Origin: Eubacteriales bacterium
Lineage (GTDB): Bacteria; Bacillota; Clostridia; Oscillospirales; JAAYXM01
NCBI GenBank assembly: GCA_045589235.1
Contig: JAZNOR010000080.1
Coordinates: 1-55,541, forward strand
Reading direction: 5' to 3'
Length of the DNA stretch: 55,541 bases
A program made the position numbers and the translations under genes. Shown here in pieces: positions 36,692 through 47,539 of this stretch. Each line of letters starts with the position of its first letter. The first letter of the stretch is position 1. The notes beneath the pieces are model-generated. The model ran no database searches and was not told where the DNA came from. It saw only the letters and a list, made by a program, of their open reading frames with translations.

Positions 36692-37817
36692 ATTGCTTTG
36701 TCATCCAAATTGGGGCAGAACGCATTTTTGCGCTGCTTATTATACCAACTGCCATAAAGCTTGCAAGTACCGAGGAGCCGCCGTAACTGAAAAACGGAAG
36801 CGTAATTCCGATAACGGGAAGCATGCCTAAACACATACCGATATTTTCGATCATCTGAAAAATCAGCATTGCAGAGATTCCCATACAAGCGTAAGATGAG
36901 CATGTGCCCAGACTTCTGCGTGCAATTGAAATACAACGAATTATTATAAGCGTTAAAACAGCACAAATGGCAAGACAACCAAGCATACCAAGTTCTTCAC
37001 CACAGACGGCGAAAATGAAGTCCGTATGTTTTGCCGGGAGGTATCCATGTTGAGTTTGTGTGCCGTTAAATAGACCTCTGCCGAAAAATCCGCCTGAACC
37101 CAGCGCGATTTTACTTTGTATTGCCTGATATCCTTTGCCTAGCGGATCAAGTTCAGGGTTGAACACAACTAAAATTCGTAGTCTTTGGTATTCGTTAAGC
37201 AGTGGCCATAAAAGCGGTGCAACAGCACCAAGCAAAGCGCCGGCACCGATAAACCATCTAAGCTTGAGACCGGTGAAAAACAGCATAACAATAAAAATGA
37301 ACATATAAACAAGCGCGGTACCCAAGTCTTTTGAAATAAAAATTATCATTGCAATAGGAATAGCTGCGTGCAGTATGAGATAAGCTATGCTTTTAAGAGA
37401 TGGCAATTCTTCGCGCATCTGATGAATGTGCCCTGAAAGAGTAAGAATAAAAAGGATTTTACCAAATTCACCCGGTTGAATGCCAATTGGACCAAAACGA
37501 ATCCAAGCGTTGTTTCCTGTTGTTTCGCTACCTGTGCCGAAAATCAAAAGTGAGCCGATTAATATAATATTTAAAACATAAATAACTTTCCAGGCGGTGC
37601 ATATTGCATCAAAATCAGCAATTGAGAAAATGATATATAAAAGGATACCTATGCATATAGCTGCAATTTGCACTTTAATGAAGCTGCCGGAAGAATAACT
37701 TGCGGTTGCACTTGAAATTAAAATAGTGCCAAAGGTTGCGGCGATTAGCGATAAAATCAAAAGATATGTGTCAAGTTTCTGAATGAAAATTTTCAAGTTA
37801 ATAAAGAAGTCGCGCAT
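36690..37817 (-). CDS. rodA: SEDS-family peptidoglycan polymerase (RodA/FtsW)
   Basis: WIRFGPIGIQPGEFGK, DLGTA, GYQAIQSKIALGSGG, HTDFIFAVCGEELG, GITLPFFSYGGSS. Confidence 0.82.
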   Translation of the reverse strand: MRDFFINLKIFIQKLDTYLLILSLIAATFGTILISSATASYSSGSFIKVQIAAICIGILLYIIFSIADFDAICTAWKVIYVLNIILIGSLLIFGTGSETTGNNAWIRFGPIGIQPGEFGKILFILTLSGHIHQMREELPSLKSIAYLILHAAIPIAMIIFISKDLGTALVYMFIFIVMLFFTGLKLRWFIGAGALLGAVAPLLWPLLNEYQRLRILVVFNPELDPLGKGYQAIQSKIALGSGGFFGRGLFNGTQTQHGYLPAKHTDFIFAVCGEELGMLGCLAICAVLTLIIIRCISIARRSLGTCSSYACMGISAMLIFQMIENIGMCLGMLPVIGITLPFFSYGGSSVLASFMAVGIISSAKMRSAPIWMTKQ

Positions 37818-37949
37818 TAAAAGCTCACCTCACAAACTAATTTTATCACATCTTTAATTTTACATCAACATCTTTGTCAAAAAAGCTTGATATACAAGTT
37901 TTTTTGGTTTATAATTATTGTAATATATTTATACTGGGGGATTTTGGAA

Positions 37950-39620
37950 ATGCTTACAGATATTGAAATTGCGCAAAAAGCGAAAATGCTTAAAATAAAG
38001 GATGTTGCAAAAAAAATTAATATCACGGAGGATGAGCTTGTTCCATACGGTCACTATAAAGCAAAGCTTAGTGAAGAGCTTATTGCTAGAGTTTCGGATA
38101 ATAAAGACGGTAAGCTTATTTTAGTAACCGCAATTAACCCCACTCCGGCAGGTGAAGGCAAGACTACCACTACCGTTGGTATCGGTCAGGCACTCGGCAA
38201 GCTTGATAAAAACGCAATTATTGCGCTTCGTGAGCCGTCTCTTGGTCCGGTATTTGGTGTAAAAGGCGGTGCTGCCGGTGGAGGATATGCCCAGGTTCTG
38301 CCGATGGAGGATATAAACTTGCACTTTACCGGTGATATGCATGCGATTACAAGTGCAAACAACTTGCTTTGTGCACTTATAGATAACCATATTCAACAGG
38401 GAAATGCGCTTCAGATTGACCCGAGAAAGATCGAAGTAAAGCGCGTTTTAGATATGAATGACCGTGCACTGCGTGACATTGTAATTGGCCTTGGCGGTAA
38501 AACAAACGGAGTGCCGCGTGAAGATGGCTTCATGATTACCGTCGCAAGCGAAGTAATGGCGATTTTATGCTTAAGCTCTGATCTTGAGGATTTAAAACGT
38601 CGTTTTGGCGATATGCTTGTTGCATATTCTTATTCGGGCGAGCCGATTTATGCACGCGACTTGAAAGCTGAAGGAGCTATGGCGGCGCTTATGAAGGATG
38701 CGATTTTGCCAAACCTTGTTCAGACGCTTGAAGGAACTCCGTGTATTATGCACGGCGGTCCGTTTGCAAATATTGCGCACGGATGCAACTCTGTTCGAGC
38801 AACAAAGCTTGCACTCAAGCTTTGTGATTATGTTGTTACTGAAGCGGGATTTGGTGCGGATTTGGGCGCTGAGAAGTTTTTTGATATAAAATGCCGTCTT
38901 GCAGGACTTAAGCCTGATTGCGTAGTTTTAGTTGCTACGGTGCGCGCACTTAAGTATAACGGCGGTGTTGCAAAAGCAGACTTAAGTGAAGAGAATCTGG
39001 AAGCTTTAGCTCGCGGTATTGTTAACTTAGAGGCTCATATTGAGAATTTGTCAAAATATAATGTTCCTGTTGTCGTTGCGATTAACCGCTTCGGTACGGA
39101 TACCGATGCTGAGCTTGCATTTATTGAAGAGACTTGTAAGAGACTTGGAGCTGAATATGCCCTTAGTGAAGTGTTTGCAAAGGGTGGCGACGGCGGAATA
39201 GAGCTTGCAGAAAAAGTTATTTCTCTTGCAGACTCAGGTAAGGCGGATTTTGCGCCGATTTATGAGGATGATCTTTCAATTTCTGATAAAATAAAAACAA
39301 TTGCAACTAAAATTTACGGTGCACGTGACGTTAGCTTTACAACTGCGGCAAGCCGTGCTATTGCGCAGATTGAAAAGTTAGGCTATTCAAAATGCCCCGT
39401 ATGTATTGCTAAAACACAATATTCACTCTCTGATGACCAGACTTTACTTGGCAGACCTAAAGATTTCACACTTAATATAAAGAGTGTTCGTCTTAGTGCA
39501 GGTGCGGGTTTTGTCGTTGCACTTTCGGGTGATATTATGACAATGCCGGGGCTTCCTAAAGTTCCGGCTGCAGAAAAAATTGACATTGATTTAACCGGTG
39601 AGATTCATGGACTTTTCTAA
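37950..39620 (+). CDS. fhs: formate--tetrahydrofolate ligase
   Basis: [45 protein letters not shown]; real start ATG 37950. Confidence 0.96.
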   Translation: MLTDIEIAQKAKMLKIKDVAKKINITEDELVPYGHYKAKLSEELIARVSDNKDGKLILVTAINPTPAGEGKTTTTVGIGQALGKLDKNAIIALREPSLGPVFGVKGGAAGGGYAQVLPMEDINLHFTGDMHAITSANNLLCALIDNHIQQGNALQIDPRKIEVKRVLDMNDRALRDIVIGLGGKTNGVPREDGFMITVASEVMAILCLSSDLEDLKRRFGDMLVAYSYSGEPIYARDLKAEGAMAALMKDAILPNLVQTLEGTPCIMHGGPFANIAHGCNSVRATKLALKLCDYVVTEAGFGADLGAEKFFDIKCRLAGLKPDCVVLVATVRALKYNGGVAKADLSEENLEALARGIVNLEAHIENLSKYNVPVVVAINRFGTDTDAELAFIEETCKRLGAEYALSEVFAKGGDGGIELAEKVISLADSGKADFAPIYEDDLSISDKIKTIATKIYGARDVSFTTAASRAIAQIEKLGYSKCPVCIAKTQYSLSDDQTLLGRPKDFTLNIKSVRLSAGAGFVVALSGDIMTMPGLPKVPAAEKIDIDLTGEIHGLF

Positions 39621-40035
39621 AATATTTTTAGCAAAGAGTGAAGAAGAAACTGAAAAAATCGGCGAAGAGTTTGCAAAACAGCTAAAAGTAGGCGATTTGG
39701 TTGCGCTAAGTGGCGGAATGGGTATGGGTAAAACTGCAATTACGCGTGGCATAGCGCGAGGACTTGGATACACCGGTCGCGTAACAAGCCCGACTTATGC
39801 GATTGTAAATGAGTATTACGGTAACATTCCGGTGTTTCATTTTGACTTATACAGATTATCAAGCGCTGATGAACTTTTTGACATTGGCTTTGAGGATTAT
39901 TTTTCGCGCGGAGGTGTTCTGATTATTGAATGGTTTGAACGCGCGGAGGATGAGTTTTCACCCGATTATATCGTTTCAATTTCGCCTGTCGATGATGTAA
40001 ATGCAAGACAAATTACCATTAAGAAGGTAAAATGA
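39607..40035 (+). CDS. tsaE: tRNA t6A biosynthesis ATPase
   Basis: [25 protein letters not shown]. Confidence 0.92.
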   Translation: MDFSKIFLAKSEEETEKIGEEFAKQLKVGDLVALSGGMGMGKTAITRGIARGLGYTGRVTSPTYAIVNEYYGNIPVFHFDLYRLSSADELFDIGFEDYFSRGGVLIIEWFERAEDEFSPDYIVSISPVDDVNARQITIKKVK

Positions 40036-40036
40036 T

Positions 40037-40720
40037 ATGAGAATTTTAGGTATCGAATCCTCTGCAAAATCAGCTTCTGTTTGTATTTGTGAGGATGAGA
40101 AAATTTTATGTGAGTCCTTTTCCAACAATGGGCTTACTCATAGTAAAACTGTTCTTTCCATGATAGATGATATGCTGAAACAAAGCGGAATTTCGATGGA
40201 CAGTATAGAAAAGCTTGCAATAGCAAACGGCCCGGGTTCTTTTACCGGACTTCGCATTGGTGCAGCAGTAGTTAAAGGTCTTTCATGGGCAAAGAACATT
40301 CCGTGTGTCGGAGTATCGACGCTTTATGCTATGGCGCATAATGCACTGGCAATTGACGGAATTGTTTGTGCAGTTATGGACGCACGTGCAGGCCAGGTTT
40401 ACAATGCACTGTTTAAAATTGAAAACGGCAAAATTACAAGGCTTTGCGAGGACCGTGCAATTGCAATAGATGAGCTTCAGGAAGAAATAAAAAATGAACA
40501 AAAGATTTTTCTGGTAGGTGATGGTGCCGAGCTTTGCAAAGACAAGCTTTCGCATAAAAATTTGGTGTTACTTCCGGAAAATTTGCGTTATCAGCGCGCA
40601 TATGGTGTATGTATAGCGGCGGCAGAGGAAAACGGAGTGCCGTGTGATGAACTTAAGTTGCAGTATATTCGCAAACCGCAAGCAGAACGCGAACGGCTTG
40701 CTAAATTAAATAAGGAGTGA
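40037..40720 (+). CDS. tsaB: tRNA t6A biosynthesis protein
   Basis: ILGIESS, THS, GPGSFTGLRIG, MDARAGQVY. Confidence 0.93.
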   Translation: MRILGIESSAKSASVCICEDEKILCESFSNNGLTHSKTVLSMIDDMLKQSGISMDSIEKLAIANGPGSFTGLRIGAAVVKGLSWAKNIPCVGVSTLYAMAHNALAIDGIVCAVMDARAGQVYNALFKIENGKITRLCEDRAIAIDELQEEIKNEQKIFLVGDGAELCKDKLSHKNLVLLPENLRYQRAYGVCIAAAEENGVPCDELKLQYIRKPQAERERLAKLNKE

Positions 40721-40727
40721 TTTATTT

Positions 40728-41180
40728 ATGAAAATCGCAATAGGAGCAGACAGTGCAGGTTACTTAATGAAGAAGACAATCTGTGAGCATCTTACAAAAC
40801 GAGGATTCGAGGTAATCGACTGCGGTACAGACAGTACCGAGTCATGCCACTATCCTGTTTTCGCTTACAGCGTTGCAAAGAAAGTTTCGGAAGGCGAGGC
40901 TAAGTTTGGTATCCTCGTTTGCGGAACAGGTATCGGTATGTCGATTGCAGCAAACAAGGTTGAGGGAATTCGTGCATCAGTAGTGTCAGAGCATTTCTCA
41001 GCTCGTTATACAAGACTTCACAATGATGCAAATGTGCTTTGCCTTGGTGCGCGCGTTATTGGCGAAGGTATTGCAATTGAGCTTGTTGACACCTTCCTTG
41101 ATACTGAAGCTGAGGGTGGTCGTCACGCTGCTCGAGTTGATATGATTACACAGATTGAAAACAAGACATTTAACGCTTAA
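40728..41180 (+). CDS. rpiB: ribose-5-phosphate isomerase B
   Basis: CGTGIGMSIAANKVEGIRA, HNDANVLCLGAR, GGRHAARV. Confidence 0.92.
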   Translation: MKIAIGADSAGYLMKKTICEHLTKRGFEVIDCGTDSTESCHYPVFAYSVAKKVSEGEAKFGILVCGTGIGMSIAANKVEGIRASVVSEHFSARYTRLHNDANVLCLGARVIGEGIAIELVDTFLDTEAEGGRHAARVDMITQIENKTFNA

Positions 41181-41202
41181 AACAGCAGGAGATGACAAAA
41201 TA

Positions 41203-42642
41203 ATGGAGCGTCCAATGAATTTGACAATGCTTATGGACTTCTATGAGCTCACAATGTCAAAGGGTTATTTTGACCACAATATGCAGGATCAGATTGCATA
41301 TTTTGATATGTTCTACCGCAAAACGCCGGATAAGGGCGGATATGCAATTATGGCGGGTGTTGAACAGCTTATTGGGTATTTAAATAATTTATCCTTCGAG
41401 GATGAAGATATTGAATTTTTGCGCAGTAAGCAGATGTTTAATGAAGAGTTTTTGGAATATTTAAGAAACTTTGAGTTTAAAGCTGATGTCTGGGCAATTC
41501 CTGAAGGAACACCGATTTTCCCGGGCGAGCCGATTGTTACCGTCAGAGGTACTGCAATTGAAGCTCAGCTCGTTGAAACGATGATTTTGCTCACTGTAAA
41601 TCACCAGAGTCTTATTGCAACTAAGGCAAGCAGAATTGTCAGGGCAGCTCAGGGAAGACCGGTTATGGAATTTGGCTCACGTCGTGCGCAGGGTTATGAC
41701 GGTGCGATTTACGGTGCACGAGCTGCATACATCGGCGGATGCGTAGGTACTGCGTGCACAATTTGTGAGCGTGATTACGGAATACCGGCGCTTGGTACAA
41801 TGGCTCATTCATGGGTTCAGATGTTCCCGAGCGAGTATGAGGCGTTTGAAGCGTATGCGAAGGCTTGGCCGTCCAGATGCTCACTACTTGTTGACACATA
41901 TAATGTATTGAAATCAGGCGTTCCTAATGCAATCCGTGTGTTCAAGGAAGTGCTTGTACCGATGGGATATCGTCCGTCTAGCATTCGAATTGACAGCGGC
42001 GATATAACTTACTTATCACAGAAGGCGCGTAAGATGCTTGATGATGCGGGGTTTGAGGATTGTAAAATTATCGTTTCAAATGCGCTTGATGAATACATCA
42101 TTCGCGACCTTATTATGCAGGGTGCGAAAGTAGATTCGTTCGGTGTAGGTGAGAGACTTATTACTTCTCGTTCAGAACCGGTTTTTGGCGGTGTTTACAA
42201 GCTTGTTGCCGTTGAAAAGAATGGTGAGATTATCCCGAAAATTAAAATTTCAGAAAATGTTGAAAAGATTACAACTCCCGGATTTAAGCAAGTGTGGCGT
42301 CTTTTTGACAACGAATCAGGTAAGGCGATGGCAGATGTTATGTCACTTCACAGTGAGATTATTGATGACAACGAGCCGTATGAGATCTTTGACCCTGAGT
42401 TCACGTGGAAGAAGAAGGTCATAACAAACTTCACGGCAAAGCCGCTTCTCACACCAATTTTTGAAAAGGGCAAATGTGTATATGAGAGTCCGTCAATTGA
42501 TGAGATAAGAAGTCTTTGCGCAGACAATCTGGAAAATCTCTGGAGTGAGGTTATGCGCTTTGAAAATCCGCATAAATATTATGTTGATATGTCAAAGAAA
42601 CTATGGAAAATGCGTGAAGAGTTGCTCAGTTCACAGCAGTAA
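41203..42642 (+). CDS. pncB: nicotinate phosphoribosyltransferase
   Basis: DFYELTM, EFGSRRAQG, GTMAHSWV, LVDTY, IRIDSGD, FGVGERL, GGVYKL. Confidence 0.95.
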   Translation: MERPMNLTMLMDFYELTMSKGYFDHNMQDQIAYFDMFYRKTPDKGGYAIMAGVEQLIGYLNNLSFEDEDIEFLRSKQMFNEEFLEYLRNFEFKADVWAIPEGTPIFPGEPIVTVRGTAIEAQLVETMILLTVNHQSLIATKASRIVRAAQGRPVMEFGSRRAQGYDGAIYGARAAYIGGCVGTACTICERDYGIPALGTMAHSWVQMFPSEYEAFEAYAKAWPSRCSLLVDTYNVLKSGVPNAIRVFKEVLVPMGYRPSSIRIDSGDITYLSQKARKMLDDAGFEDCKIIVSNALDEYIIRDLIMQGAKVDSFGVGERLITSRSEPVFGGVYKLVAVEKNGEIIPKIKISENVEKITTPGFKQVWRLFDNESGKAMADVMSLHSEIIDDNEPYEIFDPEFTWKKKVITNFTAKPLLTPIFEKGKCVYESPSIDEIRSLCADNLENLWSEVMRFENPHKYYVDMSKKLWKMREELLSSQQ

Positions 42643-42646
42643 AATT

Positions 42647-42679
42647 AAAAGCACAGTTTTTTAAAAACTGTGCTTTTTT
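42647..42679 (+). terminator. intrinsic terminator
   Basis: AAAAGCACAGTTTT...AAAACTGTGCTTTTTT. Confidence 0.7.
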
Positions 42680-42849
42680 AGTGCCAAAAGCAAAATAAGT
42701 TACAAAGAAATTCAAGTTATTTAGTTAATGTGCACAAAAATATTGCGGTTATTTTTACATACTATCAATTGTGCACAGACGAAGGATATTGTATAATTAT
42801 TTTAAAGTAAATGTTGCACAAGTAGTTGCAACAAAAGGAGAGATAAACA

Positions 42850-44922
42850 ATGAAAGCCTATCCCGCAGAAAAAATAAGAAACATAGTCTTACTTGGTCAC
42901 GGTGGAGACGGAAAGACTTCACTCGCTGAGAGCCTTCTTTATATGTCAAAGGGTTCAGACCGACTTGGAAAAATTGCTGACGGAAATACAGTATCTGACT
43001 TTGATACTGAAGAAATAAAGAGAAAAATTTCAATTTCAACTTCACTCATTCCGGTAGAGTTTAATGACCATAAAATTAATGTTTTAGATGCTCCGGGATA
43101 TCTTGATTTCGGCGGTGAGCGCCAACAGGCACTCCGTGTTGCAGGTTGTGCGGTTATCGTTTGCAGTGCAAAAAACGGCGTTGGCGTAGGAACAGAACTT
43201 GCTTGGAGAAGAACTGCTATACGCAAAGTTCCGCGAATGATTTATATTTCAAAAATTGATGAAGAAAATGCTGATTACTACAAGGCGTTTGAAGGTCTCC
43301 GTGACAAATTCGGCGTCTCCGTTTGCCCTATTGTTATTCCGGCAATCGTTGGAGGTAAAACAGTTGGTATCGTTGACGTTGTAAACTTAAAGGCTTATGA
43401 GCTCAAAGACGGTTCTGCTGTTGAAATGCCAATTCCGGAAGAAATGAAAGCTCAGGTAGACACAGTTCGCGGTCAGATTTGCGAAAGTGTTGCTGAAACA
43501 AGCGAAGAGTATATGAATAAGTACTTTGACGGTGAGGAATTCACCAATGAAGAGTTTATCCACGGCATAAATATTGGTCTTATGCAGGGAAGCTTAACAC
43601 CTGTATTCTGCGGCTCGGCTGCAACAGGTATCGGCTCACTCGCGCTCCTTCGTGGTCTTATTGATTATGCTCCGTCTCCGTTTGATATGCCGGCTGAAAT
43701 TGGCGAGGATGCAAATGGAGAGCTCGTTGATGTTGAGCGCACGGAAAAAGCTCCTACAAGAATTTTAGTTTTCAAGACCGTATCCGACCAGTACGGTAAA
43801 TTCTCATATTTTAAGGTTATGTCAGGTAAGGTTACCTCAGATATGACACTCGTAAATGCTCGCACAGGTGAGCAGGAAAAAATTGGCCATCTCTATTTTG
43901 TACGCGGCAAAAACCGTGTTGAAACAAAAGAAGTCGGCTTTGGCGATATCGGTGCTATTTCAAAGCTCGATAAGACCAAAACCGGTGATACTCTCTGCGC
44001 TACAAATGCAGTATTGTCACTCGGTGGTTTTGATTTGCCGAAACCTACATATTCACTTGCAGTTCTTCCGGCAGTAAAGGGAGGCGAAGAAAAGGTAGCA
44101 GCAGGTTTTGCGCGTCTTGCTGAAGAGGATTTAACCTTTACCGCAGTTAATAATAAGGAAACACATCAGTATATCATCAGCGGTTGCGGCGATATGCATA
44201 TTGATGTATTATGCTCAAAGCTTAAAGCTCGCTTTGCTGCAGATGTTGTTTTAGAAGCTCCGCGTGTTCCGTATCGCGAGAAGATTCGCAGAAAAGTTAA
44301 AGTTCAGGGTAAGCATAAGAAGCAGTCCGGCGGTCACGGTCAGTATGGTGATGTCTGGATGGAATTTGAGCCGGGCGATCAGGAAGATCTCGTATTTGAA
44401 GAAAAGGTTGTCGGAGGCGCTGTTCCAAAGAACTTCTTCCCGGCAGTTGAAAAAGGACTTCGAGAGAGTATTGCAAAGGGTGTTGTTGCAGGCTTCCCGG
44501 TAGTTTACTTAAAGGCTACACTCGTTGACGGTTCATATCACGATGTTGACTCATCTGAAATGGCATTTAAGGTAGCAGCAGCACTTGCTTATAAAGCAGG
44601 TCTTCCGCAGGCAAATCCGGTTCTTCTTGAGCCGATTGGTCACCTTGCAGTAACAGTTCCGGATAGCTTCATGGGCGATGTTATGGGTGATTTAAATAAA
44701 CGTCGCGGCCGAGTGCTCGGCATGAACCCGGCAGAAGGTGGAATGCAGACGATTGAAGCTGAAGTTCCGATGGCTGAAATGCACTCATACACAATCGACC
44801 TTCGTTCAATTACACAGGGTCGTGGAAGCTTTGAGTTTGAATTTGTTCGCTATGAAGAAGCTCCGATGAATGTTCAGGAGAAAATCGTTGCTGAACGCGC
44901 TGAATTCCTTAAAGAAGAATAA
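42850..44922 (+). CDS. fusA: elongation factor G paralogue (EF-G2 type, outside the str operon)
   Basis: GHGGDGKT, RKISI, DAPGYLDF, KKQSGGHGQYG, GSYHDVDSSEMAF, LRSITQGRG. Confidence 0.88.
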   Translation: MKAYPAEKIRNIVLLGHGGDGKTSLAESLLYMSKGSDRLGKIADGNTVSDFDTEEIKRKISISTSLIPVEFNDHKINVLDAPGYLDFGGERQQALRVAGCAVIVCSAKNGVGVGTELAWRRTAIRKVPRMIYISKIDEENADYYKAFEGLRDKFGVSVCPIVIPAIVGGKTVGIVDVVNLKAYELKDGSAVEMPIPEEMKAQVDTVRGQICESVAETSEEYMNKYFDGEEFTNEEFIHGINIGLMQGSLTPVFCGSAATGIGSLALLRGLIDYAPSPFDMPAEIGEDANGELVDVERTEKAPTRILVFKTVSDQYGKFSYFKVMSGKVTSDMTLVNARTGEQEKIGHLYFVRGKNRVETKEVGFGDIGAISKLDKTKTGDTLCATNAVLSLGGFDLPKPTYSLAVLPAVKGGEEKVAAGFARLAEEDLTFTAVNNKETHQYIISGCGDMHIDVLCSKLKARFAADVVLEAPRVPYREKIRRKVKVQGKHKKQSGGHGQYGDVWMEFEPGDQEDLVFEEKVVGGAVPKNFFPAVEKGLRESIAKGVVAGFPVVYLKATLVDGSYHDVDSSEMAFKVAAALAYKAGLPQANPVLLEPIGHLAVTVPDSFMGDVMGDLNKRRGRVLGMNPAEGGMQTIEAEVPMAEMHSYTIDLRSITQGRGSFEFEFVRYEEAPMNVQEKIVAERAEFLKEE

Positions 44923-44928
44923 TTTTTT

Positions 44929-44964
44929 AAAGAAGCCGAAAGTTTTTTGCTTTCGGCTTCTTTT
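44929..44964 (+). terminator. intrinsic terminator
   Basis: AAAGAAGCCGAAAG-N7-CTTTCGGCTTCTTTT. Confidence 0.75.
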
Positions 44965-44993
44965 GTATTTTCTGCGTAAAATTGGGAAAACTA
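44965..44993 (+). promoter_or_regulatory. possible forespore sigma-F/G-type promoter of tepA
   Basis: GTATT, 14 bp spacer, GGGAAAACTA, resembling the GYATA-N15-GGnnAnAnTA consensus. Confidence 0.4.
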
Positions 44994-45025
44994 GCGATAA
45001 AATACGCAGGAAAGGGAATATTCAA

Positions 45026-45718
45026 ATGGGCGAAAAGAATACAGATATCCGCGAGCAGGATAGGGAAGATATAATTGAATCGGGATCGATCACCGCACAT
45101 TCAAAAAAAGGAAATATACATTGCATAACTATAGCCGGTCAAATTGAAGGGCATATGGTTTTACCATCGGAGAATAAAACAACAAAATATGAACACGTGT
45201 GTCCGCAACTTGCAGCAATTGAAGAGAGTGATGAAATAGACGGACTTTTAATTTTACTAAACACAGTTGGCGGTGATATAGAGGCAGGACTTGCTATTGC
45301 AGAGCTTATTTCCAGCATGAAAACGCCAACAGTATCGTTGATTTTGGGTGGCGGCCATTCTATTGGAGTGCCGCTTGCAGTGTCGGCTAAAAAGTCGTTT
45401 ATTGCACCGAGTGCCGCAGTTACAATTCACCCTGTAAGAATGAACGGAGTAATTGTAGGCACGCCGCAGACCTATAACTATTTTGAGCGTGTGCAAGAGA
45501 GAATAGTTAATTTTGTGAGCAAAAATTCAAATATAAAAGAGAATGTTTTTCGCAACTATATGCTCAAGGTAGGCGAGCTTGCAACCGATGTTGGGTCGGT
45601 AATTTACGGCGAAGAAGCAGTGGAGGTTGGGCTAATCGATTCGTTAGGCGGATTATCTGATGCACTTGAGTATTTGCACGAGGAAATTGCAAAGCGGAAA
45701 AATCAAGAAAATCAGTAA
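45026..45718 (+). CDS. tepA: ClpP-like protease TepA
   Basis: GQIEGH...KTTKYEH, LNTVGGDIEAGLAIAE, GGGHSIGVPLA, IHPVR; real start ATG 45026. Confidence 0.85.
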   Translation: MGEKNTDIREQDREDIIESGSITAHSKKGNIHCITIAGQIEGHMVLPSENKTTKYEHVCPQLAAIEESDEIDGLLILLNTVGGDIEAGLAIAELISSMKTPTVSLILGGGHSIGVPLAVSAKKSFIAPSAAVTIHPVRMNGVIVGTPQTYNYFERVQERIVNFVSKNSNIKENVFRNYMLKVGELATDVGSVIYGEEAVEVGLIDSLGGLSDALEYLHEEIAKRKNQENQ

Positions 45719-45798
45719 AAACTTTTGCGAAAACTATTGAAAAATTTAATTTTTTTCTGTATTATATTCTTATAATATATTTTAAGGAGGTCCTTATC

Positions 45799-45999
45799 AT
45801 GACTGAAGTAACAAAGGATACTATCATTGGTGATGTTTTGGATTTTGACCAGTCTACTGCTGTGTATTTCTTGGAGATTGGTATGCATTGCTTAGGATGT
45901 CCGGCTTCACGCGGCGAGACGATTGAGCAGGCTTGCGCAGTTCACGGCGTAGATATGGATGCATTACTTGCAAAACTCAACGCACATTTGGCAAAGTAA
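45799..45999 (+). CDS. DUF1858 (hybrid cluster protein-associated redox disulfide) small protein
   Basis: GMHCLGCPASRGETIEQACAVHG; strong RBS AAGGAGG. Confidence 0.88.
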   Translation: MTEVTKDTIIGDVLDFDQSTAVYFLEIGMHCLGCPASRGETIEQACAVHGVDMDALLAKLNAHLAK

Positions 46000-46011
46000 T
46001 TTTTCTGTTAC

Positions 46012-46052
46012 GAAAACCTCTTGCTAAGCTTTATTGTCAGCAAGGGGTTTTT
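46012..46052 (+). terminator. intrinsic terminator
   Basis: AAAACCTCTTGCT...AGCAAGGGGTTTTT. Confidence 0.6.
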
Positions 46053-46081
46053 CTATACACATATAAGGCAGAGGGAAGAAA

Positions 46082-46756
46082 ATGATAGCACTTACTCCGC
46101 GGCTTTCCGCGATTGTCAACGAAGTTAATAACGTAAAATGTGCAATTGACGTAGGTTGTGACCACGCGCAGGTAGGTATCTATCTCGCCCAAGCGGGTAA
46201 AGTTTTAAAAATGACCGTTAGCGATATAAACGACGGGCCGATTGAGAGAGCACGCCGTGCCGTGAGTGATGCCGGCCTTTCGGATAAAATAACTTGTGTT
46301 AAAACGGATGGTTTGTGTGGTATTGAGCCACAAGAGTGTGTTATAATAGCAGGCATGGGCGGGGAGCTCATTCGTGATATTTTAATTAAAGCACCTTGGA
46401 CTAAAACAAATTGCCGTCTTATACTCCAACCAATGTCTATGGCGCCTGTGTTGCGTAAGTTTTTATTTGAAAACGAGTATAAAATACTTCGCGAAACTAT
46501 TGTGCGCGAGGGCGAAAAGTTATATACGGTTTTGACTGTAGAAGCGGGGGAAACAGACGAGTATTCCGAGGCAGATTTATATTTATCTGACTTGTCGCAC
46601 CCGAATGCAGTTGAATATTTAAATAAAATAATTAATGCGCTTATAAAAGCCAAAGATGGAATGAAAAAGGCAGAAACGCCTGATTTGCTTGAAATTGAGC
46701 GAACAACAAAGCTTATATCAGAGCTTGAGAGGAGATGTGAAGAGTGCCAAAAGTAA
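46082..46756 (+). CDS. trmK: tRNA (adenine22-N1)-methyltransferase
   Basis: LTPRL, DVGCDHA, SDINDGP, IAGMGGELI, LILQPM; upstream of nif3. Confidence 0.88.
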   Translation: MIALTPRLSAIVNEVNNVKCAIDVGCDHAQVGIYLAQAGKVLKMTVSDINDGPIERARRAVSDAGLSDKITCVKTDGLCGIEPQECVIIAGMGGELIRDILIKAPWTKTNCRLILQPMSMAPVLRKFLFENEYKILRETIVREGEKLYTVLTVEAGETDEYSEADLYLSDLSHPNAVEYLNKIINALIKAKDGMKKAETPDLLEIERTTKLISELERRCEECQK

Positions 46757-47526
46757 TTGACGTTTTAAATTTTTTAAATGAGCTTGCGCCGATGCATTAC
46801 GCTATGAGTTTTGACAATGTTGGTTTGCTCGTTGGCGATGCGGAACGTGAGGTTTCAAAAATACTCATAGCTCTTGATATCACGGCAAAAGTGATTGATG
46901 AAGCTAAAGAGACTGGTGCTGACTTAATCGTTGCGCATCATCCGGTTATATTTGAACCGTTAAAACGTGTGGTTTCAGGCGATGTTACGGCAAATCACAT
47001 AATTTCACTTATTGAAAATAAAATATCGGCAATCTGTATGCACACAAATTTGGATGCAGCGCAGAATGGCGTTAATGATGCATTATCTGATGCACTTTTA
47101 ATTTCAAAGGAAGCTGTGCTTGAACCAATTGAAGAAGTTGGTATCGGCAGGGTTGGAAAATTGAATTCAAAAATGAATTTTGATGAGTTTTTAAACTTTG
47201 TTTCAGATAAGCTTAAAACCGATGGGCTAAGATACTTAAAGGTAAATAACACCGTATCACGTGTAGCAGTTGGAGGCGGCGCATGCGGTAGTATGTTAAA
47301 TAATGCAAAAGCACTTGGCGCTGATACATTTGTAACCGCTGATATTAAGCACTCGCAATGGATTGAGGCGGAAGAAATTGGAATTAACTTAATTGATGCG
47401 GGCCATTTTTCAACCGAAAATGTAATAACGGCACCGCTCACTGCAAAACTTGCGAAAAAGTTTTGTGATATATCAGTTAATTTGGCAAAAAACATATCTG
47501 AACCAATGAAGTATTATAAAAAATAG
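46744..47526 (+). CDS. Nif3-like dinuclear metal centre protein
   Basis: DNVGLLVG, AHHP, MHTNLD, DAGHFSTE. Confidence 0.92.
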   Translation: MPKVIDVLNFLNELAPMHYAMSFDNVGLLVGDAEREVSKILIALDITAKVIDEAKETGADLIVAHHPVIFEPLKRVVSGDVTANHIISLIENKISAICMHTNLDAAQNGVNDALSDALLISKEAVLEPIEEVGIGRVGKLNSKMNFDEFLNFVSDKLKTDGLRYLKVNNTVSRVAVGGGACGSMLNNAKALGADTFVTADIKHSQWIEAEEIGINLIDAGHFSTENVITAPLTAKLAKKFCDISVNLAKNISEPMKYYKK

Positions 47527-47539
47527 GAGGTAGCGAGAA

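Noticed and set aside
37818-37949. THF or ZTP riboswitch upstream of fhs
   Set aside because: The intergenic region is short, AT-rich and shared with the divergent rodA promoter; no aptamer motifs are visible.
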